A DNA stretch of 63,709 nt, the filler included. It is 5 parts of 5 records of this genome, joined end to end, with 100 filler letters (N's around TTAATTAATTAA, not from the genome) between each part and the next. Parts side by side here need not be neighbours in the genome. Positions count along the whole stretch, not along the records: positions 53,068 to 63,709 come from SRR31156797_2244; 4 more parts are not named here. One strand, 5' to 3'. The translations under genes and the position numbers were made by a program. Within the stretch, counting starts at the first letter, position 1, and the number at the start of each line of letters is the position of its first letter. A model generated the notes under the pieces. That model saw only the letters and a list, made by a program, of their open reading frames with translations. It did no database searches and had not been told where the DNA came from. Of the stretch, positions 55,197 to 63,709 are shown piece by piece.

Positions 55197-55826
55197 ATGT
55201 CAAAATTAGATTTACTATATAACCATATTAAAAATACAAAGCTTGATATAAAAACGCTGATTGCTATATCTAATTGTTTTGTTGAAGATTTAAATGCAAG
55301 TCAAACAGCCTATAAAACTGGGCTTAGTCGACAAACTATAAATAGCTATTATAAGCTAATAAGAGAATACTTAATTAGCCAAGAAAACATGTCAATAAAT
55401 ATCTGTTTAGATAAAAGATTACTACAAAGTGATTGTATTACATTAAAATATATTGACTTTAGAAATTCTCCTATATATTTTCTTGAAATAGATAAAAAAA
55501 TAATTTTAATCGATGAAAACAATTATCTTTTTTCTAAGATAAGCTGCTATTTGAAAAATGAATTAAAAAACTCTCTTATAAATCACAAAAGAGCAAACTC
55601 TGCAAGAATTTTACACAATACACATGAAAACAAATATTTCACAGTAAGCTTTTTAAAATCTAATGATGAAGTGAATAACTTTGTAAATAATAGATTAAAA
55701 AAATTTAGAGGAATAAACAAAAACAATTATCTTATTCATATACAAGAATCGATAATAAGGTTTAATAATGATAAGACAACATTAAAAAGAAACTTACTTA
55801 ACTTTTTTGATAACTCTATTAGATAA
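55197..55826 (+). CDS. IS1595/IS1016 transposase-derived protein lacking the DDE catalytic motifs; putative DNA-binding regulator
   Basis: N-terminal CFVEDLNASQTA...GLSRQTINSYYKLIR HTH and C-terminal RLKKFRGI.K..Y..H..E...RFN match IS1016-group ends. The central DESYFGG, GKRGRGA, TD and NGIE motifs are absent. Confidence 0.65.
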   Translation: MSKLDLLYNHIKNTKLDIKTLIAISNCFVEDLNASQTAYKTGLSRQTINSYYKLIREYLISQENMSINICLDKRLLQSDCITLKYIDFRNSPIYFLEIDKKIILIDENNYLFSKISCYLKNELKNSLINHKRANSARILHNTHENKYFTVSFLKSNDEVNNFVNNRLKKFRGINKNNYLIHIQESIIRFNNDKTTLKRNLLNFFDNSIR

Positions 55827-55883
55827 AACTTTTAAACAAAATAATTTTCTATTTTTTTATACAAATATGAGTAAAATTGTTTT

Positions 55884-56858
55884 ATGAGCACAAAACAAGA
55901 TATAAACTACTATGAACTAATCGATGTAATAGAAAAAAAACAAAAACCATTTAATCGTGAAACCTTAATAGGAAGTGCAAAAAAAAACTTAGGTGACGGT
56001 TTTTTTATTTGGCATGATTTAGGAAATGGAATAGCAACATCAACTTGTAACTATAAACTATACCAAGATAGTTCAATCTCACTTAACTCAAATATATCTG
56101 GGGCAGTTCTTATTTTCAATCTAGGGAAAGATATTCTTTATACTTTTAAAGACAAGAAAGAATTTTTGCTAAAAAAGAACCAATTTTTTGTTGGTTTTTC
56201 TTCAGATGATTTTTTTGTGCAGATGCATTTGCAAAAAAACACTTATTATAATACATTAACCATAGGTATAAAAGAAGAATTACTTTTAAGTTTAACAAAC
56301 TACATGGATGAACTAAAAGAAAAGATGAAAGAAGCAAAAGAAAACAACTATTCAATTTTGGAAGGTGCACAAATTGACCCTGACCAATTAGAATTATTAA
56401 CAACTTTCACAGAAAAAGAAATGGACCAAAATCTTTTATCTGAATTATATTTAGAATCAAAAACAACAAATCTAATCCATTACACAATAAAAAAGATAGA
56501 AAAAATCATAGAAAGAAACTCTAGTATTGATACTAAAAAAATTGATTCTCTTGAAAGAGCCAAACAGATTATCTTAACTCAATATGCATCACCTTTATCA
56601 ATAAAAGATATTGCTTATAAATCAGCTATAAATGATTGTTACTTAAAAAAAGATTTCAAGGCTTATTATGGGATGACAATCCATGAGATGCTCCAAAAGC
56701 ATAGATTAAATGTAGCAAGAGATTTACTAAAAGAAAACCTAAGTGTTAAAGAGGTTGCTTTAAAGGTTGGATATAAACATGTTGGTAACTTTAGTAAAAT
56801 ATTTACAAATCAATTTGGAGTAAGTCCAAGTACCTACAAAAAAAACCAAAGCTTATAA
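55884..56858 (+). CDS. AraC family regulator (PchR/YbtA-like)
   Basis: LYLESK and C-terminal IN.CYLKKDFK..YG.T...VGY.HVGNFS..F...FGVSP motifs. Confidence 0.9.
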   Translation: MSTKQDINYYELIDVIEKKQKPFNRETLIGSAKKNLGDGFFIWHDLGNGIATSTCNYKLYQDSSISLNSNISGAVLIFNLGKDILYTFKDKKEFLLKKNQFFVGFSSDDFFVQMHLQKNTYYNTLTIGIKEELLLSLTNYMDELKEKMKEAKENNYSILEGAQIDPDQLELLTTFTEKEMDQNLLSELYLESKTTNLIHYTIKKIEKIIERNSSIDTKKIDSLERAKQIILTQYASPLSIKDIAYKSAINDCYLKKDFKAYYGMTIHEMLQKHRLNVARDLLKENLSVKEVALKVGYKHVGNFSKIFTNQFGVSPSTYKKNQSL

Positions 56859-56859
56859 T

Positions 56860-56935
56860 TTCCATATTTTAGATAATTAATTCCCATTTTTGTATTTACA
56901 ATATTGATAATAAGTATCAATATTTGATAGTATTC
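56860..56935 (+). promoter_or_regulatory. Fur- and probably AraC-controlled promoter, copy A
   Basis: TTCC..TTTT direct repeats 21 bp apart (56860, 56881), then TATTGATAATAAGTATCAATA (56902-56922). Confidence 0.75.
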
Positions 56936-56964
56936 CAAAAATCACACACGGGAGAATATTTATA

Positions 56965-59058
56965 ATGAGTAAAATTCATTTTAAAAAACATATGTCTATA
57001 GCTGTATCTGCATTACTTTTCAGCACTTTTCTAGTTGCAGATGAAACAAAACAAAAAACTACAAAACTTGACTCAGTTACAATTGTTGACCAAGCAAATT
57101 CTGATTATCAACCTGTAGGAAAAATATCTACAAATAGAGCAAATATTGATATTGAAGATGTTCCTAAATCTGTTCAAGTATTTAATGAAGACTTCTTATA
57201 TGACTATCAACCTCAATCATTAACAGATGTTGTTACAATGTCATCAAATGTAACTTATGGAGGGCATAACCACGGAAGAGCAAACAATTATCTAATGAGA
57301 GGTTTTTCAAACACTCCAATATTAAGAGATGGATTTAATATCACAAATGCAATAACTAATACAGAGATGTTTAACCTTGAAAGAATAGAAGTACTAAAAG
57401 GTCCAGATTCTTTACAATATGGGGAAGCAAGTCCTGGTGGAATTATTAACTTAGTTAAGAAAAAACCTAAAAAAGAAAATCATGCACAAATTGAGTTTGA
57501 AACAACAACAAATCCATCTTTTAAACCTAAAGTTGATGTTGGAGGTTCTATAAATGAAGATGGTTCTTTAAGATATAGATTAGTAACAACTTATAATCAT
57601 AAAGAACAACCAAATGATTTCAATGTAGATACTGAAACTATATTTATTGCTCCAACAATTGCCTATGATATAAATGATAACAATACTGTGACATTTATGA
57701 CTGAGTATTTAGATGAAACAAGTCCAGCAGATTTTGGAACTTTTGTAGGAAGTGATGGTGAAGCTTTGACTGACAGAGATACAGTAACAACACATCCTGA
57801 TGCAGAGTATGAAAAAGTTCAGAAAATAATAGGTCTTGATTTAGATAGTACATTTGATTCTTGGAATTCAAACTTTAGATATAGATATGTAGATCTTCAA
57901 AGAGATAATGACTCAGTTTACAGTCCTTATGTATTGGGAAGTATTATAAGAAGAAACTTTTCAACGCAAACATTTGATTCTGATGAACATGCTGCACAAT
58001 ATACTATAAATAAAGAGTTTTCTCTTGCTGGATTTAAAAATAAATTAAGCCTTGGATTTGATGCAAAAAGAGCACACTCTACAAATTATGGGTATTATGA
58101 TACAAGTGTTAACTATGATTTAGACCCTACTAATGTAAATTATGGAGACAACTCATATCTTTCAGATCACCCTAGTGCATATAAATATACAGATACAGAT
58201 TCTGTAATGAAAACTTACGGTGGATTTATTCAAGACCACATTGATTTAAATGAAGATTTAATTTTAAGTCTAGGACTTAGATACCAAAAAGTAAAGTCTG
58301 AAAGTACAAACAACTTAACTTCAACAACAAATGTATATACAAAAAGTGCAACAACTCCTCAGTTTGGATTAGTTTACAAGTTATCAACTCAAACCACATT
58401 ATACGCAAACTATTCGGAATCTTTCAATCCTCAAGATACTAAATATGTAGATGCTTCTGGAAATTTGTTAGATCCTGAAGAGGGGAAAGGTTTTGAGTTA
58501 GGAGTTAAACAAAAATTATTCAATGATAGATTCTCTCTTACTGCTGCAATATTTAGTATAGAGAAAGAAAATGTAGCAAAACAAGATCCAGCATCATCTA
58601 GACCAAATATCTTTTATACTACTAGTGAAAAAGTAAAAAGTAAAGGTTTCGAACTTGACTTAGCAGGACAAATCACAGACAACTGGTCACTTATGGCTTC
58701 TTATGGATATAGTGATACAGAAGATTTAGAAAATGATGGTAATCAACTAACTGGTGTTGCAAAACACACTGCAAATATTTTCACAACTTATGACTTATCA
58801 TCTTTTGGTTTAAATAATATGTATATTGGTGGTGGAGCAAGATATATAGGTGATAGATATGCAGATGATGCAAATAGTATAAAAATCGATTCTGACATAA
58901 TCTATAACGCAACATTTGGATATAAAAAAGGCAATTGGAGAGCAAACTTAAGTGTTAAAAACTTAACAGATGAAGAATATATTGAAACTGCAGCCTCAAC
59001 AAATGCAACTTATGGACAAAGAAGAACAGCAATACTTACAGTTAGCTATTCATTTTAA
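56965..59058 (+). CDS. TonB-dependent siderophore receptor
   Basis: Signal peptide, VPKSVQV, MRGF, ERIEVLKGP.S..YG..SPGG.IN, NLTD..Y and C-terminal Phe. Confidence 0.93.
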   Translation: MSKIHFKKHMSIAVSALLFSTFLVADETKQKTTKLDSVTIVDQANSDYQPVGKISTNRANIDIEDVPKSVQVFNEDFLYDYQPQSLTDVVTMSSNVTYGGHNHGRANNYLMRGFSNTPILRDGFNITNAITNTEMFNLERIEVLKGPDSLQYGEASPGGIINLVKKKPKKENHAQIEFETTTNPSFKPKVDVGGSINEDGSLRYRLVTTYNHKEQPNDFNVDTETIFIAPTIAYDINDNNTVTFMTEYLDETSPADFGTFVGSDGEALTDRDTVTTHPDAEYEKVQKIIGLDLDSTFDSWNSNFRYRYVDLQRDNDSVYSPYVLGSIIRRNFSTQTFDSDEHAAQYTINKEFSLAGFKNKLSLGFDAKRAHSTNYGYYDTSVNYDLDPTNVNYGDNSYLSDHPSAYKYTDTDSVMKTYGGFIQDHIDLNEDLILSLGLRYQKVKSESTNNLTSTTNVYTKSATTPQFGLVYKLSTQTTLYANYSESFNPQDTKYVDASGNLLDPEEGKGFELGVKQKLFNDRFSLTAAIFSIEKENVAKQDPASSRPNIFYTTSEKVKSKGFELDLAGQITDNWSLMASYGYSDTEDLENDGNQLTGVAKHTANIFTTYDLSSFGLNNMYIGGGARYIGDRYADDANSIKIDSDIIYNATFGYKKGNWRANLSVKNLTDEEYIETAASTNATYGQRRTAILTVSYSF

Positions 59059-59063
59059 TATAT

Positions 59064-59100
59064 AGTGGAGCTAAGATATTAAATACTTAGTTCCACTTTA
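59064..59100 (+). terminator. Terminator hairpin after the receptor gene
   Basis: AGTGGAGCTAAG/CTTAGTTCCACT stem followed by a T-rich tail. Confidence 0.65.
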
Positions 59101-59119
59101 TTTTCCAATACTTTTTTCT

Positions 59120-59195
59120 TTCCTCTTTTTAGATTATTTTTTCCCTATTTTGACTTAAACTTATTGATAATAAGTATCAATATTTGCTAATATTC
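59120..59195 (+). promoter_or_regulatory. Fur- and probably AraC-controlled promoter, copy B
   Basis: Same architecture as copy A at a constant offset of 2260 bp; identical Fur box at 59162-59182. Confidence 0.75.
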
Positions 59196-59287
59196 ATAAA
59201 ATTTTTTTGTGGAGAAAATCATGAATAACAAACAATTAAAAAAACTATTATCGAGTTTCAACTCTGATTATAAAAAAGTAAAAACTT

Positions 59288-59587
59288 ATGAATAAATTTT
59301 TTCTTTATCTAAGTACACCTGAAAAAAATGGTAAAAAAATAGGACTTTTTAGAACTTTAACAGCAATATTTGGAGGTCTTATCGCTTCTTATTTAGGAAT
59401 GACTCTACTTGCTTTTGTATTACCAATGCCAGTACAAGAATCGGCGATTGTCTCGATTATGCTTAATACTACAGCTTGGGCAATAATGGCAACTTGGATA
59501 GTACTTTCATATACTAAACTTAGTGCACTATTAAAATTTTTAATTCCAACTATTCTATTTTCTGTTGCACTTTATATATTCGCTTAA
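59288..59587 (+). CDS. Small iron-regulated membrane protein (DUF3649-like)
   Basis: Three TM helices, R.LTAIFGG motif, directly upstream of a PepSY-TM gene. Confidence 0.65.
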   Translation: MNKFFLYLSTPEKNGKKIGLFRTLTAIFGGLIASYLGMTLLAFVLPMPVQESAIVSIMLNTTAWAIMATWIVLSYTKLSALLKFLIPTILFSVALYIFA

Positions 59588-59596
59588 AGGTTATTT

Positions 59597-61180
59597 ATGA
59601 AAGAATCAAAATCAAAACTATTTAAACACAGATTATTTAGAGCTCATGTTGCAGCAGGAATAACCTTCTCTTTAGTTATGTATATTTCAATTTTTTTTGG
59701 TGTATTTGCTATTTTTTTACCATATTTAAAAACATGGGAAAAACCCTCTAGACATATTGAAAAAATAGAAATGACAAAAATAGACTACAATTCAATGATT
59801 GAAGAGGTTTTAAAAGACCCAGATTTTCCTAAAAATGACCTTCTTGTTAATCTTCCTGGAAGATTAGGAGATCCTGCAGTTACAGTTTCACATAGATTTG
59901 TAAAACCAATTGCATTTAATCCCAAAAATGGTGAAAAAATTGAAAATGAATCAGAAAAAGTATCTTATCTTGCAGATTTTCTTAATCACTTACACTATGG
60001 ACAGCCTTTAAAACTAGTAGGGAGATTATTATTTGGATTTGTTGCAGTTGGGACACTTTCATTAATTATTACAGGTTTAATTCTAATCATAATAATGAAA
60101 TTCAAAAATCAAGGTAGAAATCAACAAGCAATCTTTTCAAAAATTCATGTTGATGTTTTCACTTGGGCTTTTTTACCGTTTTTGTTAATCACAATAAGTG
60201 GAGCTGTGATGAATGTGGGATTAATAAGTTCAGGACCAATGTCTCAAATCTTAACAGATGGAAAAGCAAAATCTATTGATGGTGTTGTTGGTACTGTATT
60301 ATTTCCTCGTGGTGAAATAGTTAAAAAAGACAATATAAAAGGTGATATGCAAGCAATAAGTGAGTTATTGATAAAAGCACAAAAAATAAATCCGGAATTA
60401 ACATTTAAACAAATAAAAATAAAAAACTGGAATGACACAAATGCTAGAGTTGAATTTCTTGGATATAACCCATATAAGCCTTTTTTCAATGGAGGAATTT
60501 TTAATACTCCATCTGTGACTTTAAATGCAAATACAGGAGAGCTTATAAAAAATAAAAAAGTGATGGATAATGTATGGCCAGTATTTTTAGCAGAGGGGCT
60601 TTTTTTCCTACACTTTTTATTTGGTATAGATATTTTTTCAAGAATATTTATTGCAATTTTAATGGCTCTTTGTGGAATAGCAATAGGCTTTGGTGTAATG
60701 TTATGGCTTGAGAAAAAAGCTAAAAAATTTGATAATAAAATTACTTTCTATCACTGGATGGGGAAACTTTCACTTGCTACTATGGTTGGAATAATTCCAG
60801 CAACTGCAGTGGCTTTTGTATTGCAATGGGGTTTGCCTTTTTCACTAGAAGATAGAGTTTTATGGCAACAAGGTGCATTTTACAATACTTGGTTATTCAC
60901 TCTATTTTGGTCTTTTTATAGAATCAATTCATATACAGCATCAAAAGAGTTTTTCTTTACTGGTGGAGTTTTATTTATTTTATCAACAGTAATTCATAAT
61001 ATTAATTCTGGGTTCAATATTTTTAGTTTAATAAATCAAAATATGACTGAAATATTTGCAGTTGATTTAACTTTATTTATATTTGGAGCATTACTAATTT
61101 ATGTTTCAATTAAACTTCCAAAAAATAGAAAAGAGGCTAAATTATTTTGGCCTACTAAACAAAAAAAGGTTCAAAAATGA
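59597..61180 (+). CDS. PepSY-associated TM helix protein (putative ferri-siderophore reductase)
   Basis: Conserved His in H..AG, LN.LHY, KIH and FLHF; WE.P and MLWLEK motifs. Confidence 0.85.
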   Translation: MKESKSKLFKHRLFRAHVAAGITFSLVMYISIFFGVFAIFLPYLKTWEKPSRHIEKIEMTKIDYNSMIEEVLKDPDFPKNDLLVNLPGRLGDPAVTVSHRFVKPIAFNPKNGEKIENESEKVSYLADFLNHLHYGQPLKLVGRLLFGFVAVGTLSLIITGLILIIIMKFKNQGRNQQAIFSKIHVDVFTWAFLPFLLITISGAVMNVGLISSGPMSQILTDGKAKSIDGVVGTVLFPRGEIVKKDNIKGDMQAISELLIKAQKINPELTFKQIKIKNWNDTNARVEFLGYNPYKPFFNGGIFNTPSVTLNANTGELIKNKKVMDNVWPVFLAEGLFFLHFLFGIDIFSRIFIAILMALCGIAIGFGVMLWLEKKAKKFDNKITFYHWMGKLSLATMVGIIPATAVAFVLQWGLPFSLEDRVLWQQGAFYNTWLFTLFWSFYRINSYTASKEFFFTGGVLFILSTVIHNINSGFNIFSLINQNMTEIFAVDLTLFIFGALLIYVSIKLPKNRKEAKLFWPTKQKKVQK

Positions 61181-61671
61181 AAAAAATAATAAATTTACTG
61201 TTACTAATTTCTTTGCCGATATCACTTCTTGCACACTCTTTAGTATTAAGTGTTTTTGATAATGAAGATGGAACTCTTACAGCTTCAGGGATGTTTAATA
61301 CAGGAGAAAGTGCAGCTGGAGCTATTGTAAAACTTGAATCAAATTCAGGAGAGATACTATATGAAAAAAGACTTCCAGATGAAGGTGAATTAACAATAAA
61401 TATACCTTCAACTCCTTATAAAGTTATTCTTGAAGGTGGACCAGGTCATGTTGCAATCAAAGATGGAATTCCCCCAAAAGGTGGATTTAAAGCAGAGTCA
61501 GTAAAAAAAGAAACAAAAAAGGTAAAAAAACCTACAAGAACAGATATGACAGTTTCAACAAGTAAAGCTGTAACTATCTCAATTGTTTTGGCATTTATAC
61601 TTTTATTTGCCACGATAATAGTAAGTATTAGAAATACTAACAAGTTGTTAACTAATTTAAATAACAAATAA
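61177..61671 (+). CDS. Exported, membrane-anchored hypothetical protein of the iron-uptake operon
   Basis: Signal peptide ending A-H, GGPGH motif, C-terminal TM helix. Confidence 0.65.
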   Translation: MKKIINLLLLISLPISLLAHSLVLSVFDNEDGTLTASGMFNTGESAAGAIVKLESNSGEILYEKRLPDEGELTINIPSTPYKVILEGGPGHVAIKDGIPPKGGFKAESVKKETKKVKKPTRTDMTVSTSKAVTISIVLAFILLFATIIVSIRNTNKLLTNLNNK

Positions 61672-61730
61672 TTAACACAACAAACATATAATAAATCAAG
61701 GTACAAAATAAACTATTATCTTTTTACTTT

Positions 61731-61790
61731 CTTGTCATGAAAATAAAGAAAATAAGTTTATTTTTACTTAATATTGATTATAATTCTCAA
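61731..61790 (+). promoter_or_regulatory. Promoter of the TonB2-type energiser operon with Fur-like box and CTTGTCATG motif
   Basis: CTTGTCATG (61731-61739), then TATAAT (61779-61784) inside ATTGATTATAATTCTCAA. Confidence 0.65.
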
Positions 61791-61816
61791 AATTGTATAA
61801 AAAAGGATAGCTATAA

Positions 61817-62560
61817 ATGAGTCTTAAAAAAGTAATTAGCTTCGTAGTATTGATAAATACTATAGTTTTTTCAAATCCAATAGATGAATCTAGAAATGTT
61901 ATTGAAAAAACAAATGTAACCCTAAAAAATTATCAAGCAAAAATTGACAAACTTGATGAAAAACAAAAAGAGTTGTTAAGTGAGTATAAGTATGTAAATG
62001 AAGAGATAAAAAGTACAAAAAAATACAATAATCAACTTGAAGAAATAATAGCATCTCAAGAAAAAGAGATAGCTGATTTTGACCAACAGATAAAAGATAT
62101 AGAAGAAACTCAAAAAAATATCTACCCATTAATGGAAAATATGATTAAAAGTTTAAAGAAGCTAGTTGAACTTGATACTCCATTTCTTTTAGAAGAAAGA
62201 AATGAAAGAATCAGCAAACTTGAAAAGACACTTACAAGAGCTGATGTAAAAACTGCAGAAAAATTCAGAATTATATTAGAAGCTTTTAAAATAGAATATG
62301 ATTATGCAAAAAATATAGAAACATATCAAAAAACTAATGGAAATAAAACATTCAACTTCTTAAGAATTGGAAGAGTTGGATTATACAAACAATCACTAAA
62401 TCAAAAAGAGTATTTTGCGTGGGATAAAAAATCAAGAGATTGGAAAGCAATTGAAGACTCAAATCTAAAAGCAAATATTAGAAAAGGGATAAAAATAGCA
62501 AAAAAACATGACAATGTTGCTTTCTTAGAATTACCTTTTTCAGTTACTGAGGAGAAATAA
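61817..62560 (+). CDS. DUF3450 family coiled-coil protein (TonB2 system)
   Basis: PLM..M...L..LV..D.PF..EER..R, AEKFR.ILEA..IE..Y and LRIGRV motifs. Confidence 0.85.
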   Translation: MSLKKVISFVVLINTIVFSNPIDESRNVIEKTNVTLKNYQAKIDKLDEKQKELLSEYKYVNEEIKSTKKYNNQLEEIIASQEKEIADFDQQIKDIEETQKNIYPLMENMIKSLKKLVELDTPFLLEERNERISKLEKTLTRADVKTAEKFRIILEAFKIEYDYAKNIETYQKTNGNKTFNFLRIGRVGLYKQSLNQKEYFAWDKKSRDWKAIEDSNLKANIRKGIKIAKKHDNVAFLELPFSVTEEK

Positions 62561-63709
62561 TGTTTAAATATTTTATAATTTTATTATTAAGTGTAAATAC
62601 AATTTTCGCACTACAACTTGACAACCTATTAAAAGATATTAAAAAAGATGCGGCTGTTGAACTTCAAGAAGAAAGAAGCAGACTTCAAGAATTTGTAAAT
62701 AATGAAAAAGAACAAAAAAGACTTTTAGCTGAAGCAAAAAAAGTATTAGCATCAGAAAATAAAAAATCTGAAAATCTAAAATCAACTTTAGAGAAAAATG
62801 AAATTTTACTAACAGAAAAAGAAGCTGTTCTTACTGAAAAAACTGGTGATTTAGGTGAAATGTTTGGAAGTGTTAGACAAACTTCTGCTGACTTTTTAAC
62901 AAACTTTCAAAACTCATTAACTGCAGCACAAGACTTAAAAAAAGAAGAAATCTTTGAAGAATTTTCAAATTCTAAAAAACTACCTAATATTGAGCAATTA
63001 AAAGGTTTATGGCATGGAATGCTTGATGAAATTATAAAAAGTGGAAATGTTGAAAAATTTTCTGCTGATGTTATTTTAAACAATGGGGAAAAAGTAAACG
63101 AAGAAGTTACTAGAGTTGGTTTATTTTCAGCAAGAGCAGATGGAAAATATTTAAACTACTCAAATGAGATGAAATCACTAATTGAACTTGCAACTCAACC
63201 AACTTCTGTTGGAAGCAATCCGTTTAGTTCAGTTTCAAGTGACGAAAATGTATTTATTGTAGACCCTACAAGAGGAACATTGTTTCAATTATTAAATAAT
63301 CAACCAACTTTAAAACAAAGAATTCAACAAGGTGGAATTGTAGGTTATATTATTATAGCTCTTGGTGTTATTGGTTTATTATTTGCTATTTATAAAATGT
63401 TTGTTTTAAATGTATACCTTTCAAAAATAAATAAACAAATGAAAGATTTAGCTACACCAAATGAGAACAACTCATTAGGAAAAATCATTAATGTATTTAA
63501 AAAATACAAAGACTATGATATCAATGATTTAGAGATAAAAATTGCAGAAACAATTCTAAATGAAACAAATAAAGTTAAAAAAGGTCAAAGCTTTGTAAAG
63601 CTTCTTTCTGCTGTAACTCCATTACTAGGATTACTTGGAACTGTAACAGGTATGATTGCAACTTTCCAAGCAATTACACTATTTGGTACAGGTGACCCAA
63701 AACTTATGG
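62560..63709 (+). CDS. Long MotA/TolQ/ExbB family protein (TtpC-like), 3' truncated (not in ORF track)
   Basis: GGAG RBS, ATG 62560, GDLGEMFG, VDPTRG, QGGIVGY and PLLGLLGTVTGMI.TFQAITLFGTGDPKLM at the window end. Confidence 0.9.
   Translation, partial: MFKYFIILLLSVNTIFALQLDNLLKDIKKDAAVELQEERSRLQEFVNNEKEQKRLLAEAKKVLASENKKSENLKSTLEKNEILLTEKEAVLTEKTGDLGEMFGSVRQTSADFLTNFQNSLTAAQDLKKEEIFEEFSNSKKLPNIEQLKGLWHGMLDEIIKSGNVEKFSADVILNNGEKVNEEVTRVGLFSARADGKYLNYSNEMKSLIELATQPTSVGSNPFSSVSSDENVFIVDPTRGTLFQLLNNQPTLKQRIQQGGIVGYIIIALGVIGLLFAIYKMFVLNVYLSKINKQMKDLATPNENNSLGKIINVFKKYKDYDINDLEIKIAETILNETNKVKKGQSFVKLLSAVTPLLGLLGTVTGMIATFQAITLFGTGDPKLM

Noticed and set aside
55197-55826. Active IS1595 insertion sequence
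   Set aside because: No DDE motifs, terminal inverted repeats or target duplication are visible; reported instead as a derived protein.

Overview
The window is not one locus. It is five contigs joined by artificial 100-bp linkers (N44-TTAATTAATTAA-N44 at 15958-16057, 34265-34364, 43092-43191, 52968-53067), so adjacency across linkers carries no meaning. Contig 1 (1-15957, Arcobacteraceae-like) holds the end of a sox region and a complete hydroxyproline catabolic/ABC operon with a GntR regulator. Contig 2 (16058-34264, Campylobacterota-like) holds pfkA-pgi-gap/pyk, Fic, glgP, cca and a type I-B CRISPR-Cas operon. That operon has a hidden in-frame cas11, a MazF/PemK toxin-antitoxin pair between cas3 and cas4, a leader and the first truncated repeat. 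Contig 3 (34365-43091) looks like a different diderm with GGAGG RBSs (Fusobacteriota-like, inferred). It carries recQ, an AAA/PD-(D/E)XK gene, REP-like repeats, murA and an unannotated AbrB-repressor / antisense-RNA / AntA antirepressor module. Contig 4 (43192-52967) is mostly Arcobacter-like housekeeping genes. Contig 5 (53068-63709) is a Fur-controlled iron-uptake island. The best novelty candidates are (i) an intact but catalytically dead IS1595/IS1016-type transposase in the iron island, beside a 9-bp motif placed exactly 39 bp upstream of three -10 boxes (possible domesticated activator and regulon); (ii) the stand-alone repressor-antisense RNA-antirepressor switch; and (iii) the TA module that may drive the CRISPR adaptation genes. 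All family and taxon calls come from motif recognition by eye; no searches were run.
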